A DNA stretch of 64,000 bases from Lama glama (Eukaryota). The DNA lies in contig CM052817.1 in the NCBI GenBank assembly GCA_028534125.1, positions 49,850,001-49,914,000 on the forward strand, given 5' to 3'. Below the pieces are notes generated by a model. It was given only the letters and a program-made list of their open reading frames with translations. It was not told the origin of the DNA and ran no database searches. The stretch's first letter is position 1. Each line of letters opens with the position of its first letter. Of this stretch, positions 26,883-40,000 are shown in pieces. The position numbers and the translations under genes were made by a program.

Positions 26883-28077
26883 TGATTTTTTAAATTATGA
26901 AATGAGAAAAATTTGGATTGGCTGCTCTTAAAAATGAGAAAGGAATATGGCTAAGGACACACAACTGTTGGGGAGAGGTGTTGGTTTGAGGATGTAAATT
27001 TATAACATGGTTTTCTTTCAGTATATAGTTGGCCCAGATTATAGTGAAGAAGAAGGTAAGGAGCTAAGAATCTTGCTGAAAGACTAGTGGATAAATTATG
27101 CAATATAGTCACATAAAGAAAGATGGAAAATAGGAAGTAAGAGAAAAGAGAGGAGTCAAAAAGTTGGCATTCTTAATGAAGCTGAAGCCACACGTAGAGT
27201 GAAAAGAAGTAGAGTAAAAATACTGCAGTCATAATGCTAATAATAGTGTTTCAGAGGTAGAGCTATTCCAGGTGATGACAAGGAGTGACATGGAAATGTT
27301 TAATAAATATGTAAATAATCAAAATCGAAGAAACCAAAAGACTATGGTTTCATCAAATGTGTGTTGAAATTATCCAGGATGATGGGAAAGATTAGAGCAC
27401 AGGAAAATCCAGATGCCATGGTGTTCCATCATTCTGGAAAAATGGCCTAAACATCAGTAAGTGAAAACCATATGGAGTGTAGAGGGTAATTTAGTCAAAT
27501 TATACAGTTCTGAAAACTGGAGGGATGTTTCCACAAGATTGAAAGAGCAGTAGTCCAGTGCTGGTGGTGGATATATATAAACTTTTTTCCTCAATATATG
27601 CCTGAAAATAGGAGAGTTTGGGGAGGTTATCAGAGAGAGTTCCTCAGCATACTGTTATGGCATTAGCAACAATATCTTAAATATCTCTTTTGGGTAATTA
27701 TTCAGTTTAAGTTTTTCATACTTTTTTAAAATTTTTGTACTGTTATATCCAAGATATAAACTTTTATGTTTGATTTAAATAAATGATTATAGAATTCAAA
27801 AATATTCTTGACTAGAATCATTTTAATATTGAAATTTTAGCATTGAAATGTTGAATTATTAAAATTTTAAAATTGAAAATCAAAATGGAAATATTTTTAA
27901 AATAATTAAAATAACATCTTAACATTGAAATATTAAAATTTTTAGTATTGAAAATTTTTAATATTGAAATACATTTTTTTCCTTCTTCTGTATCTCCTTG
28001 TCTTTACTGTAGAAGAGAAAAATAAGCAGTGTTCACCTTTAAATTACAGTAATTGCGTATACTTTTTCTCTTTCTAG

Positions 28078-28239
<162 letters not shown>

Positions 28240-28257
28240 TGCAGAAGTGCTTTATAG

Positions 28258-28263
28258 ATTAAA
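28258..28263 (+). terminator. Candidate ATTAAA polyadenylation signal of TMPRSS11C
   Basis: ATTAAA about 20 nt after the stop, followed by T/GT-rich sequence. Confidence 0.35.
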
Positions 28264-29229
28264 ATTCAAATTTTATACCCTTGTTGTAAATATAGCTGTA
28301 ATTCCCAAACCATATTTAATTAGAATCACCTCTCTTTATGCACATTTAATGTTGCAAATTTAAACATATATAATTTTAGAACTGTGAAAATTTTTTTGTA
28401 TATTAGACTTTGACAAGGGTTTAATGACAGTAATGGGCCACAACACATCATTTCCCCTTTTACCCTTTTCCAGACTGATGGGAATTATGAGTAAATACGG
28501 ATTATGGGTTACCAAGGAAGTCTTCTCTAATTCTTTGCAGATCCAGGTCCCTTGGGAAATCATAGACTAGATGTTAGCAATAAACTTCCCTCCGAGTGTA
28601 TAAATAATCCCCTGCTGAATCACATGGACTCCACAAGATCCACATATCTGTAGGTTGTAGCCTAGGAAGTTGCAATAATACTGCCTATAAAATTTTTTCA
28701 GGAAACTGTACCTGTTTTCTTTCTAGTCTTTGTACCAATGCTATCCCTTCTCTTTTTATGTCTTCCTCACCTTAAGTGAGGCAAAACAGGCTGATAATCC
28801 CATGGAGTGCTTTGATAGATCCCGATGCTTGTTGATTTGTCCCTATTTCTCTTTCATATAAAAATGAGGCCATTCACTGTCATCACCGGTAAGGTGAAGA
28901 CAACAATGGTCCTGACCTCTAGGGCTGTTGTAAGGATAAATGTACTCATATGTGTAACATGCTTAGAAAAGTGCCTGACACAGTAAGTACCCAGTAAATG
29001 TTAAATATTATTAATAGTGTCATTATTGCCAAAATCAATGAGCAGAACTAGATTCATGGTTCTTTGAACTTCTTAAATACTTCAAATGTCACTCACCTTC
29101 TGCTTCACCTACCCACTTCCACAGCCATATCCTGTACTTTCATCTTACTCAGAACAGCTTCACACATCTGGAATCTTAAATTCAAGTTTTTATCTACATC
29201 CTCCTAGGTTTATGACTCCCTTACTTCCT

Positions 29230-29312
29230 TATAGCAGAGTGACTCAGTTATACATATCTGACTAATACAACATTGTAAATCAACTGAACATCAATGAAAA
29301 AATAAATAATAC
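29230..29312 (+). mobile_element. Tiny L1 3'-end insertion with inverted 5' piece
   Basis: tatagcagagtgactcagttatacatat (antisense L1 3'UTR) abuts ctgactaatacaacattgtaaatcaact plus an A-rich tail (sense). Confidence 0.55.
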
Positions 29313-29935
29313 AAAATTTAAAAATTATTGTGAGAAAAAAGAAACAAATAATGAAGCATTTACACGCCAGTGTTTTTTTTTTTTTTCCTTTCCCTAAATG
29401 TAGAAGGCAAAAGACAAAATATACTTCGGTATAATCAGATCTTACCATGAACATTTTTTCCTTTCTTCTTTTGGTTGCTGGCCCACATATAATAGCTTTT
29501 CAGGTTTATAAGGACTATCCAGTGGTACCTTGTTTTGTCTCAAGCATATGGCCCCGATCAGATTAACTGACATGATGTATATGCAAAACTTTTTGAGTTC
29601 TTCAGAATAATTATCTGTTATAATCAGGACTGTGTGATTCTAAGGAACCAATTATAGCTAATACAGTAGGTATAAAATTTATTGTCACAGAATCAGATGT
29701 GAAAAAATGCCTTTGTTTAATATTCCACATAAATATAACTTCACTCCCCTAACACCTAAATAGCTGAGGGCTCAACAAATACATTTCTTTCAATCTATTG
29801 TGAACTTGTGGATTAAAGTGCTAGTTTCTAATGTTATAAATATTTTAGTGTGTAATATAGTTTAACTTATTTGGGTGTTCTAGTGGGAATTTTGATTTTT
29901 CTTTAACGATCTGATTTTGCTTATTGATTCTTACT

Positions 29936-30711
29936 TACAGTGACCCTTATTATGTGCAAATTTATCTATTTGCTAAAATTTATTTGTTACCCCAAAATCA
30001 TATTTGCAGAGATTTTATAATTATTCCCAGACATGTGCATTCACAGAGTTTTCACTTTGCCCAGGGAATTTCCCAGCTAAGTGTCAACAAGGCAATGTTC
30101 TGCCTTCTAGTTTCAGCAATTATATTACAAGCAAGCATCCATAAAAAGGAGGAGGAACTTTGCTGATCTGTAACTAAGGCTTCTCCAGAGTGTGCCAAAG
30201 TGAAATGTATAATATGTGAAGAAGCCATGGAAAAGCCGGCAAAGTTATGAAACTTATGGATTCATGAGATGAGGACTGATTTTTTTTTTAATGTTGTAGA
30301 CAGCATTGTTTGAGGCTGAAAGCCAAAGAAATTTATGGTAACTGGCTTGCACATTTCAAAAGGCGACATAGTGTGAAAATGTCAAATTGCAGGTGAGGCA
30401 GTTTCTGTATATCAGGGATCTTAGAATTTTTTTAATGAAATATAGTCAATTTACAATATTATATTAAAGAATTTTTTAAGTATCTCCTATGTGATATGGG
30501 GTTATGTGGAAGAGCAGGTGTTCAGCACCGATGAGTTTTGGCTTGTTTGACAAGAATGCTGGCATATAAAACTAAGTGATGCAAATGGTGTTACTGGCTT
30601 GCAGAAACACAAACCCTGTATTTTCATTAGGAACAACAATCTGTATTCACTAATTCAGCACTCATGGCAACTTTACAGAACATGACTTCCACAAATAATG
30701 AGAGTTGACTG
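29936..30711 (+). mobile_element. Internally deleted Tigger4/Zombi-like (TcMar) DNA transposon
   Basis: TA+cagtgacccttatta at the 5' end and taatgagagttgactg at the 3' end (imperfect TIRs); decayed transposase pieces (WLAHFKRRHSVK; GYVEEQVFSTDE). Confidence 0.75.
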
Positions 30712-32169
30712 CATTGTATATTGATGCTATATCTTTGCTTTAAAATCCATGTGCTACATTTTTCTAAAAAACATAGTCCTCTTGATTTCTGCCTCATCTA
30801 TTCCTCCCACTAATTTTTCTAAAACAGTCCATTTCAGGACCGGAATAGTCCATTAAAAAATATTTCCAAACCCTTCAGAAAGCCACTTACAAAGCCAGAG
30901 TCCATGTCCTGCAGTATAATATTGAATCCAAGTCTGAAAGTAGTGAGAAAAGCCAATATTTCTGATCATGTGGTGACAACCAAAGGGGAACCCAGGTAAG
31001 CTACTGACCTAAGTGGCTCAAGACCTAGGAGCCAGCACAGAAGGAGCTAAGGAGGCACTGAGGGTACATCCAGTATGCTTATCTAATCTTCTGTAGTACC
31101 CAGTAAGCTCCTTTGGGCCTGGATGATGCCATATGCACATTTTAATACCTGCCAAGGCCACGCGAGTTTACATAGCAGGTATTTAGTAACTATTTATTAA
31201 ATAAATGAGTATAAGACAGAATAAATAAATAAATGAACCAATAAGAATGGGCCATCTAAATCAAAATAGCCACTTTTACTTTCAGATTTATTCCCTTGTT
31301 TGGCTATAACAGAAGCAAGCTAGTTGACGTAAGACAAGTCAAGCTGGTGATTTAATAAATTCCAATCTAAGCCATACTAGTATTAGTAAACAACATCATC
31401 AAGCAATCACCATGAAGGTTAAAGCAACAACGCAGAGAAAGTTTCTAAGTGGCCCTAGTGTAAAACGATCATATTGCATATAAAGGAATATAAACAAATA
31501 TTCATTTATATATAAACATACATGGTTGTGGTTACAGCATTTATACAATATTCTCTCCAATATCCAGTTACCCTATGCAATAATATGCAACAATGGCAGC
31601 ACGGTATTTAGACATTTATAAAATCAAGGCGATTACAGAAAAAACAGTTAATGATTTTACTCTAATTTAAGCATGGATGATCTGATCTTTAAAATTGATT
31701 GAGAAATTTGAATGCAGCCCAATTTGTATTAGATCCAATTGATTCTGTTAAGGTATTGAATTGATGTTTCACGGAGGATGGTTTGAAATAAACATATTTA
31801 TCTAGTGTTTGAATGCTCTGCAGTGTGTGATTAAAAAAAAAAGAAATGTTTTTGAGAAATGTACAAATTCTTCAAACAACAAATTTTAACTGGATCAAGT
31901 TCTTTTTTTAGTATTTTTATTTTTTATTTTGCATCTGCTGAACACAAGATGAACATTTAATAGTTTTGAGAAAACCTCTTCATTAAAGTTACTTGAATCT
32001 TATCAAGTGAATTTTAAATTCAAAAACTAAGCTTCAGACATCCTTCTTCACTTAGAAAAATGTTGTGAAAACCAGACCATCTGCTGAGGTACTACAGTTA
32101 CATTCGGCCCTCAGAAAGCGCTTGGCCAGCTCTGCATTAGCGCTCTATTGGATTACAAGCCCACAAAAC

Positions 32170-32350
32170 AAGTTCACCTTGATCTTTCACTTAAAATATA
32201 AAACATCTCAGGGACAAACTTTGACATAAATACGTAAACCTGTGATGTTTCCATCTAAAGAAAGCTGAAATAAAACAGAACCTTTTGGTTCAACTACAAT
32301 AAAACAACAGAAGCACCAGAAACAAGTCTTGACGCTCTCCGTCAGGAAGG
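32170..32350 (+). promoter_or_regulatory. GNRHR: GNRHR proximal promoter/5'UTR with SF-1 (NR5A1)-type elements
   Basis: CAGGGACAA (= TTGTCCCTG, gonadotrope-specific-element type) at 32209-32217; TCACCTTG at 32174-32181; immediately upstream of the ATG. Confidence 0.6.
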
Positions 32351-32872
32351 ATGGCAAACAGTGCCTCTCCCGAACAGAATCAAAACCACTGCTCAGCCAT
32401 CAACAGCAGCATCCCACTGACACAGGACAACCTCCCCACCCTGACCTTATCGGGAAAAATCCGTGTGACAGTTACTTTCTTCCTTTTTCTACTCTCCACA
32501 ACTTTCAATGCTTCTTTCTTGTGGAAACTTCAGAAGTGGACTCAGCGAAAAGAAAAAGGGAAAAAACTCTCAAGGATGAAAGTGCTTTTAAAACATTTGA
32601 CCTTAGCCAACCTGTTGGAGACCCTGATTGTCATGCCACTGGATGGAATGTGGAACATTACCGTGCAGTGGTATGCTGGAGAGCTCCTCTGCAAAGTCCT
32701 CAGCTACCTGAAGCTTTTCTCCATGTATGCCCCAGCCTTCATGATGGTAGTGATCAGCCTGGACCGCTCCCTGGCCATCACAAGGCCTCTCACTATGAAA
32801 AGCAACAGCAAGCTCGGACAGTTCATGACTGGCTTGGCCTGGCTCCTCAGTAGCATCTTTGCTGGACCACAG
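32351..32872 (+). CDS. GNRHR: GnRH receptor type I, coding exon 1 (aa 1-174)
   Basis: MANSASPEQNQNHCSAIN...DRS...FAGPQ; 522 nt; donor CAG|gtaaat. Confidence 0.99.
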
Positions 32873-32949
32873 GTAAATCAGTATCATCAACTTGTTAGGG
32901 TATGGAGATCCAGAGTTCCTATCTAAACTTGAATGAAGGCCTTGTCAAA

Positions 32950-33190
32950 GGCAGTATTGTATTATCTCTTAAGAGCTTGGGCTCTGGAAGTCAGAGTAGA
33001 ATTTAATCCTGGCTTTGCTCTTTTACCTTGAGCAGATATCTTAATCTCTCTGAGTTTCAATTTCTTCCTTTATAAAATGGAGGTAATGCCTACTTTATGC
33101 ACCTTTTGTGATGATTCAACGAGCTGTGTGTTAAAGTGTCTATCATAATCTCTGGCACATAGTAAATGCTCCTCTAAAGTGTAGCTATTC
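32950..33190. mobile_element. MIR SINE
   Basis: MIR core (ttaccttgagcagatatcttaatctctctgagtttcaatttcttcctttataaaatgg...ctggcacatagtaaatgctc). Confidence 0.75.
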
Positions 33191-34934
33191 TCCAGTTTGA
33201 CCTCATCCCCATTCTATTCTTCCACCTATTTTTCCTTTTATTCTGATTGACATGGTAAATTGAGAGAATCTTTAGGAATGATGAAATTTGCATAGGTAGA
33301 ATGTACGCATTACTTGTTTTATTTGGGTCTTCTTGAGTCTTCTGTCATTGCAGATCAGAGAGAAATAGTCCTGATTAGTACTTTGTTCTGCAGTTTGCAG
33401 CTGTGTGGGACTGAATAGAGAGAAAATGTAGGAAATCTTACACTTTTGGAAATTTGAATATTTCTCTGAGGTTGACTTGAGCTTTTCTGGAGGTGGGTTA
33501 GACTGTTAACAAAAGTATGAGACTGTCCGTGCAGGCACAGGCCCTCTCCTAGAGGAGGCAGACTTCTCTCCGGACTGTTTTCATTACAGGTAACCTGGTT
33601 AATTGACCTGCAGAATCTGCCTTAGCAATAGTCAGATCTCCAAAGAAAAGGACACATTCTTGAAAATGGCAAAGATCGTTTAATAACAGATGAACAGGTT
33701 GTCTCTATGCTTGTAAATGTACTGTATGATGAATCCAGGGTACAAGAATGTGTCAAGAATTAAAGTCAGAATTTCCCAAGATCCTCAAAAACTTGCCACT
33801 ACAAATGGAAATGTATCTAGATGTTCTAAACTGGCCAGGTGACTTAGAAACAAACAAACAAAAATTGCCACATAGGACTCACAAAATAGTGCAAGGTACT
33901 AGAAAGCTAGACAACTAAATTCTCCTACCAACTCCTCCCTTAACATTTTTTGAACAGCAGTATGTGTTTTATGGCAGGAGAAATGGGAAAAACCAAAATG
34001 TTTTTATTTCTGTGGAGAAAAGTATATTACAATTATTCTTACAAGGATTGCATATACAAGAATTAGTCTAGCAAATATGTCACTTAAAATGAGTTTACTT
34101 AGCAAAGGCTTACACTCTGAAATTTTCCATTTTATCTCTTTAAAGTATGAGTGCTGCTTATTGTCTAGTTTTCTTAGAGAAGATAAACACAAGTTAAGTG
34201 ACTAACACTGAGCCTGGTAATCATGAAGCAATGAAACACTGTCAAAGAAAGAAAATGTCATTCAGTTGTAGAGGTAAAAATTATGCAAAACAAATACAAC
34301 TACGTACTAAAAAGTCTTTAAACCTATTACAAGTGTCAGAAGAGAGAGAAATGAATAAGAGTTGAAATGGTGAAAGTTTTACAGTAAAGATAGGATAAAC
34401 TGAGTTTTTAAGGATGAGTCGTATTTGAATGGAAAAAATAATCCAAGGATAACATGTAGTTTTCAGCAAAAGTTAAGGGAATAATTTTCATAGGAGTCTT
34501 GTTTGGCTGTAGTAAAAGACCGAGAGTCGAGAGTAGCAGGAAATTAGATTCAGTGGCTGCTGCCGTTCCTTTGACCTCGGAGCACACTATTTCTTTGTCA
34601 GAAAACATTGGGATTATGTATTTGCTTGTCTCTGCTATTATGGTATATGTTCTTACAATAGTGAAGAGTGTTGTGTTCAACTTAATTAATATTCACAGTA
34701 CTTAATAAGATACCTAACAAAAATAGAAATTTAAAATGTTTGGATACTTTGGTTTCTCTTCAGATGAAATAAGTCTGTCACTGCTTACTAAAAAAAAAAA
34801 ATTTTTTTTTGAAGAAATGAATCAGTAAATGCTGGTGGGATGGATGGATGTAACAGAAGACATTGCTAGCCAGGGGAAATTCTAAAAGTAATATGGAAGC
34901 CATATAACCTAGGTGAGTCCTGTGCAAGGAGTAA

Positions 34935-35198
34935 GTTTTTTTTTCCGGTTTTATTGAGAAATAATTGACACACATCACTGTATAAGTTTAAAGTGTACAG
35001 CATGATGGCTTGATCTGCATATATTGCAAAATTATTGTCACAGTAGATTTAGCTAATATTCATCATCTCATCCAGATACAATAAAAAGAAAAGAAAAAAG
35101 AAAAAATCCTTTTCTCCTTGTGATGAGAACACTTAGGATTTACACTCAGCAACTTTTCTATACAGCACACAGCAGAGTTAACTGTGTTGTACATTATT
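34935..35198 (-). mobile_element. L1 3' end fragment
   Basis: Poly-T followed by ttttattgagaaataattgaca...taagtttaaagtgtacagcatgatg...tgtgatgagaacacttaggattta. Confidence 0.8.
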
Positions 35199-37759
35199 AA
35201 AATGATTTTTTAACAAAATATTTTTAAGAAAATTTACACAGAGTCTAATGGCGTGGAGAGAGAAACAAGCCTTTTCAGATCACCTGGCGATGAGGTGATC
35301 AGGCTGGGGGCTAGGATGGTGTCAGAAGAGGTGGATAGTATTTATAAGGGACATTTCAAACAAAAAACGAAGATTGGCAACACCCTGGATTTAGGGGGTT
35401 AATAACAGAACGAAGTAAAATAAAGCTCCAGTATTTTTAACCAAGGAGTTTTAAAACCTGTCTTGAAATGGACAGGTAGGTTGGGAAGAAAAGCATGTGT
35501 TTGTCTGCCTGCCAAGTTATTTGAAGGGGAGGGAAGGCAGGCTATTAATAGAACTAAAAAAAATATTTGCTTTAGGACATGATCTTGACAACATAAGGTC
35601 TTTATATAATACAGCTATTTGGAAAGTAGTTGGTAATTTGGGGTACTGATGTAGATGAAAGTCTAAACAAAGGTACAGATAAGTCAATTTCTGATCATAA
35701 CTGAAATACAAACCAACAATTTCACTTTCTTTTAAAGGACTCTCCCAGAGACTATAAATAAAATAGACTTACTTATTTAATTATTTTCACCTGAGTATAT
35801 CACAGCACTAATAGCAAGAAAACACCAAATACCTATCTTAATGATAAAAAGAAAATTAAATTTGAATTGCTTAGGAATTTACTATAATAGCCTAAACTCA
35901 AGTGCATTACTTTACCTGAGAGATTTGTGTGAGTATGGGCTACAGCAAACGGTAGTACTGTTTCATTTTATAAAGCAAAGGACTCCTCCTTACTTTTAGC
36001 AGCACTTTAAATTTATAAAGCACTTTGCTGAAATTTCCTGACAAACCCCACATTCATCATCTTATTCACGCTGACTCTGTGAGGTCCATAAAAGCTGTGT
36101 TACTATCCCCACTTCACATGTAAGAGAACCTACAAAGGGAACCTTTGAAAACCACGGCACTCAGAACTTTCTGACAGTGACCCAGAGAAAGAACTACATA
36201 CTACGTGAAGACCTTGTGTCCCTTTTTCTCACACACCTGTAACTGAGAAAAGTTTTCATAAAATAAATATTCTACTCTGTTCCATTTCATTTTTTAATGT
36301 TGTTGCAACCAACAACTGAAGGGCACAACCTTCAGTTTGAAAACCACCAATTTAAAGGATTTATTGTTTGTCCAGTGCCACTTGACCTGTTGGACTCATG
36401 TCTTTTTATTAAGTCCAGTTTATCTTTTCATTATAGCTGTCTGCTCTCTCTCTGAATGGAAGAGGTTTCAACCCATGACTAATGTATTTGATGGAGAATA
36501 TTTGGAAGAGAGGGCTTTTTACTTCCAGACGGTGTGACACACAGGGAGTGTACTGCGTACTTCACCCATTCTACTGGAAAGCCCACTGACAAAGGCCCAT
36601 CCTGCTGTGGCTAATTACATTGAAAGGATGACGTTAATCCTCATCCTTTGGTGCATATGTTGATAGTCTGTCACTCGAGTAAGTCATGCCTAGGTTGAAA
36701 AAAAGAAAAAACTGACAAGCTAGTTGTCACATTCCTGGGAATCTGGGAATTTCTGACATTTTGCTAGAGGTCAGAATAACCAGATTTCAAATTGCCCACC
36801 TTGGTTTTCCACCTTCCTGATAATGTCAGAGTTCTGTGATGGTTTGGAGATACATTTTCAGAAGTTTCTGCGTAGTATGGCCAAAATGTCCTACTTTTTG
36901 CCAATAATGGAATTTTCTTTTAAAACAAAAGTATACAAAAGTATATGTGGAGCTTCAAAAAATGAAACTGATATAAGAGGAGAAACTGATATAAGAGCTC
37001 CGGCTAAATAGGGAAAAGGGAGCCCCAGTCCTTCGCTTGGTTTTTCACTCACCCCAGTCAGTCTCTGAAGACCTCAGATCTCCCTGCAAGTCTGAAAGGC
37101 AAAGGGATGGTAGAAATGGTGTGGGCATTAGATTTAAACACTCACTGCTATTCATTCCTTCCTTCATTATAGAGTTTTTGAAGTCAGGAGAAAAACTAAT
37201 AGGGAAATATGAGTATGAAAATAAAATGATTCTTTAAGAAACAGCAAAGAAAATTTCTTAAATAAAGATTACTTCAAAGTTCTCAAAATTATAACATTCA
37301 TTCTGACTGGTAAGCAAATCTGGCCAATGTGCTCCCTAGTCACAATACCATCCACTCACTCTGAAAGCTATATATGCCAGAGCATAATAATTCAAATCTT
37401 GAAAGTATTGTTTCTAAAAGAAGGATAAAAAAAAAGGATGGAAGGGAGATACAGAGGGGGGCAAAGAAAAGAGAAAAGAAAGGCAAGGCAAGGTAACAAC
37501 CAAGGAAATCTGGTTTAAGGCCAGCTATGGTTAGGCTAGTTAGTGCATGTTAAGGAGAAAACATTTTCTGAATTAAGTGTGTCCATAGCTAATTAAGAAA
37601 TTACAAGGTTTCTAATGATAGTCATCTAAGACCACAAGAATTCCAGTGTAGCAGATTATTTGCAGATAGAGTTCATATCACTAGTTCATCTGTGTTACTA
37701 TGGAGACTTACAAGTTGACAGCTTTTAAATTCTATATGTAACCCAGGCCTGCAGGGAAA

Positions 37760-38146
37760 TAGAGTTATCTCTCAATATCCTGGGGGATTGGTTCCAGAGC
37801 ACACCCAACAAGATCCCACCCCCCACCCCTACCCCTGCCGCACATAACAAAATTCCCAGATGCTCAAGTTCCTTACATAAAATGGTGGTGTATTTGCATA
37901 TAATCCATGCACATCCTCCTGTATACTTTAAATCATCTCTAGATTACTTTTAATACCTAATACAATGTAAATGGTATGTAAATAATTGTAAATACAATGT
38001 AGATGTTATATAAATAGTTACTGGATCTTGGCAAATTCATGTTTTGCTTTTTGGAACTTCCAAAAATTTTTTGTCTGAGTATTTTCCCATCCGCATTTGA
38101 TTGAATCTGCAGGTGTGGAACCTGCCGATATGGAGGGCTTGTTGTA
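37760..38146. mobile_element. MER2 (TcMar-Tigger) DNA transposon
   Basis: gggggattggttccag...gatgctcaagttccttacataaaatgg...atcctcctgtatactttaaatcatctctagattactt...ggaacctgccgatatggagggc. Confidence 0.88.
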
Positions 38147-39896
38147 TCTGAGCAAATCCGTTAGTCTTTGATGTAAAGATGTGTGGTTTGAAGAAATGAG
38201 GAGGCTTGCCTGTTACAGAACTTACAGAGCTAGAATGTACTTCTGAACTTGATAAGTAGCCTAAGTTCAGTAAAATCACAAGTGTACAATATGCCAAGAA
38301 TGGGACTGGAACATAATAATGGCATACCAGTAGCAGATACAGCAATAATAATAAGATGATGATAAATAATAGTTATTGAGTACATAAATACGTGCCAGGA
38401 ACTGTGCTAAATGCTTTTGTGTTCATTATTTCATGCAAGGCTCCCAACAATAATTTAGATACAATTATTGTCTTTATTTTATTCATGAAGAAACTAAGGT
38501 TAAGAATACTATATAACGCTCAAGATTACCATCTAGTAAGTGAAGGTGTCAGTACATCCAGTTATGCAAAAGCTTGTAACCACTACACCGCATCCCACTA
38601 TGCAAGAGTGTCTATTTCCTTTTTTCCTGTAGGAAGCTGGAGAAGGAAGAGGCAAGAATATCTTAAGGTGAAAATAGGTAGTTAAGGGATATCAGGAAAA
38701 ATATATGGTATACATGTATGAATATAGAAATAAGTATATATGATACATATTTATAAGTTATGTGCCTCAAAATTTTTATTATAATAATGGTTATGATTTA
38801 TATAGTGCTAACTGTGTGCCAGGTACCACTCTCAGTGCTTTGCAAGTATTTACTTGTGTTTAATTGTCACGACAGCCCCTACAGGAAGATACTATTAATA
38901 TCTCCATTTCACAGATGAGAGAAACCTGAAGCACATCATCTAAAGATAATCACCGTTGGAAAATATTAGGTCATGGTGTCATTACTGCGGGGGTTAAAAA
39001 TAATATGAGAAGAAGGAATAGCATCTGCAATTGACTGTAAAGATGGAAAATGAATTGCTATTGTTTATGGCAAAATAAAGCAAATGGTGATGAGAACTGG
39101 GGTCAGGCACGAGAGAAGAGAAACATAAAGAAATTAAAGAAATATAATCCAAGGACAAAAAAGCCACTGGAAGTAAAGTGGATCCCTGTAGTAATCATTC
39201 AGACAAACATGGCCTTGGAGGTGAAAAATAAACTGAATTAAGGCTAAAATAAATTAGTTTATGGGCAAGTAAGATTCTGAATTTCCTAACACTATTCTAT
39301 ACCTCTCTTTTAGAAGTTACCAATCTAATATAGGTGTTACATATATTCTACATCTCCCCTACCAAATATTTAATTCCCTGATAGAAGGTATATCTGGTTC
39401 ATCTTTTATAACAAAAAGCACCTAGTATATTTTTTAACCAAGTAGTTGCTTTAAAAATAAGCATTTGTTAAATAAAGATGATAACCAAAATCGAATCATA
39501 CTACTATATTTCAGTCACTTTTATTAAAAGTTTCATCATTTATAACTTAAAAACATGAAATATTGAAGTGAAAATGTGACCCAGTGCAAAGCATAAAGTC
39601 AAACTCAGGTCATCTGGTTCCAAGCCTGTGTCAGGTGGTGGGGAGAAAAGGAAAGATATTTAGAAATGTAAGATTCTCAGGTTCTATGTGAAGGAACCCT
39701 TCCAGAGACTTCAAATCACATCATCTGTTGGGTAAAATTCACAACTGAACTTTAAATAAAGTCACGTTTCAGAGAAGGATGGAAAACTGAAAAGGTCACT
39801 TTGTAATGTGAAAAAAGTTGGTCTGGATCATAAAATAGAATTTGCTGAACGCATGTCTGAGTTTCTTGATTTTAAGATTGATAATATGATCATTGG

Positions 39897-39910
39897 GCGC
39901 CCTCTAGTGG
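39897..39910 (-). promoter_or_regulatory. CTCF-binding motif
   Basis: Minus strand reads CCACTAGAGGGCGC, a near-perfect CTCF core. Confidence 0.6.
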
Positions 39911-40000
39911 AATGATTTACAAATTCTTTTTTTTGCCCTTGAAGCTGAAAAAAGATCTGAAACTGAAAATCAACATTTTAATTACAAATAAAAGAAATAA

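Noticed and set aside
32329..32890. Overlapping ORFs (174 aa on +, 95 aa on -) across GNRHR exon 1
   Set aside because: Shadow frames of a real CDS; the + ORF starts at TTG and neither has recognisable homology.
36964..36997. 18-bp-period direct repeat gaaactgatataagag x2
   Set aside because: Simple local duplication with only two copies; no array or spacer structure.
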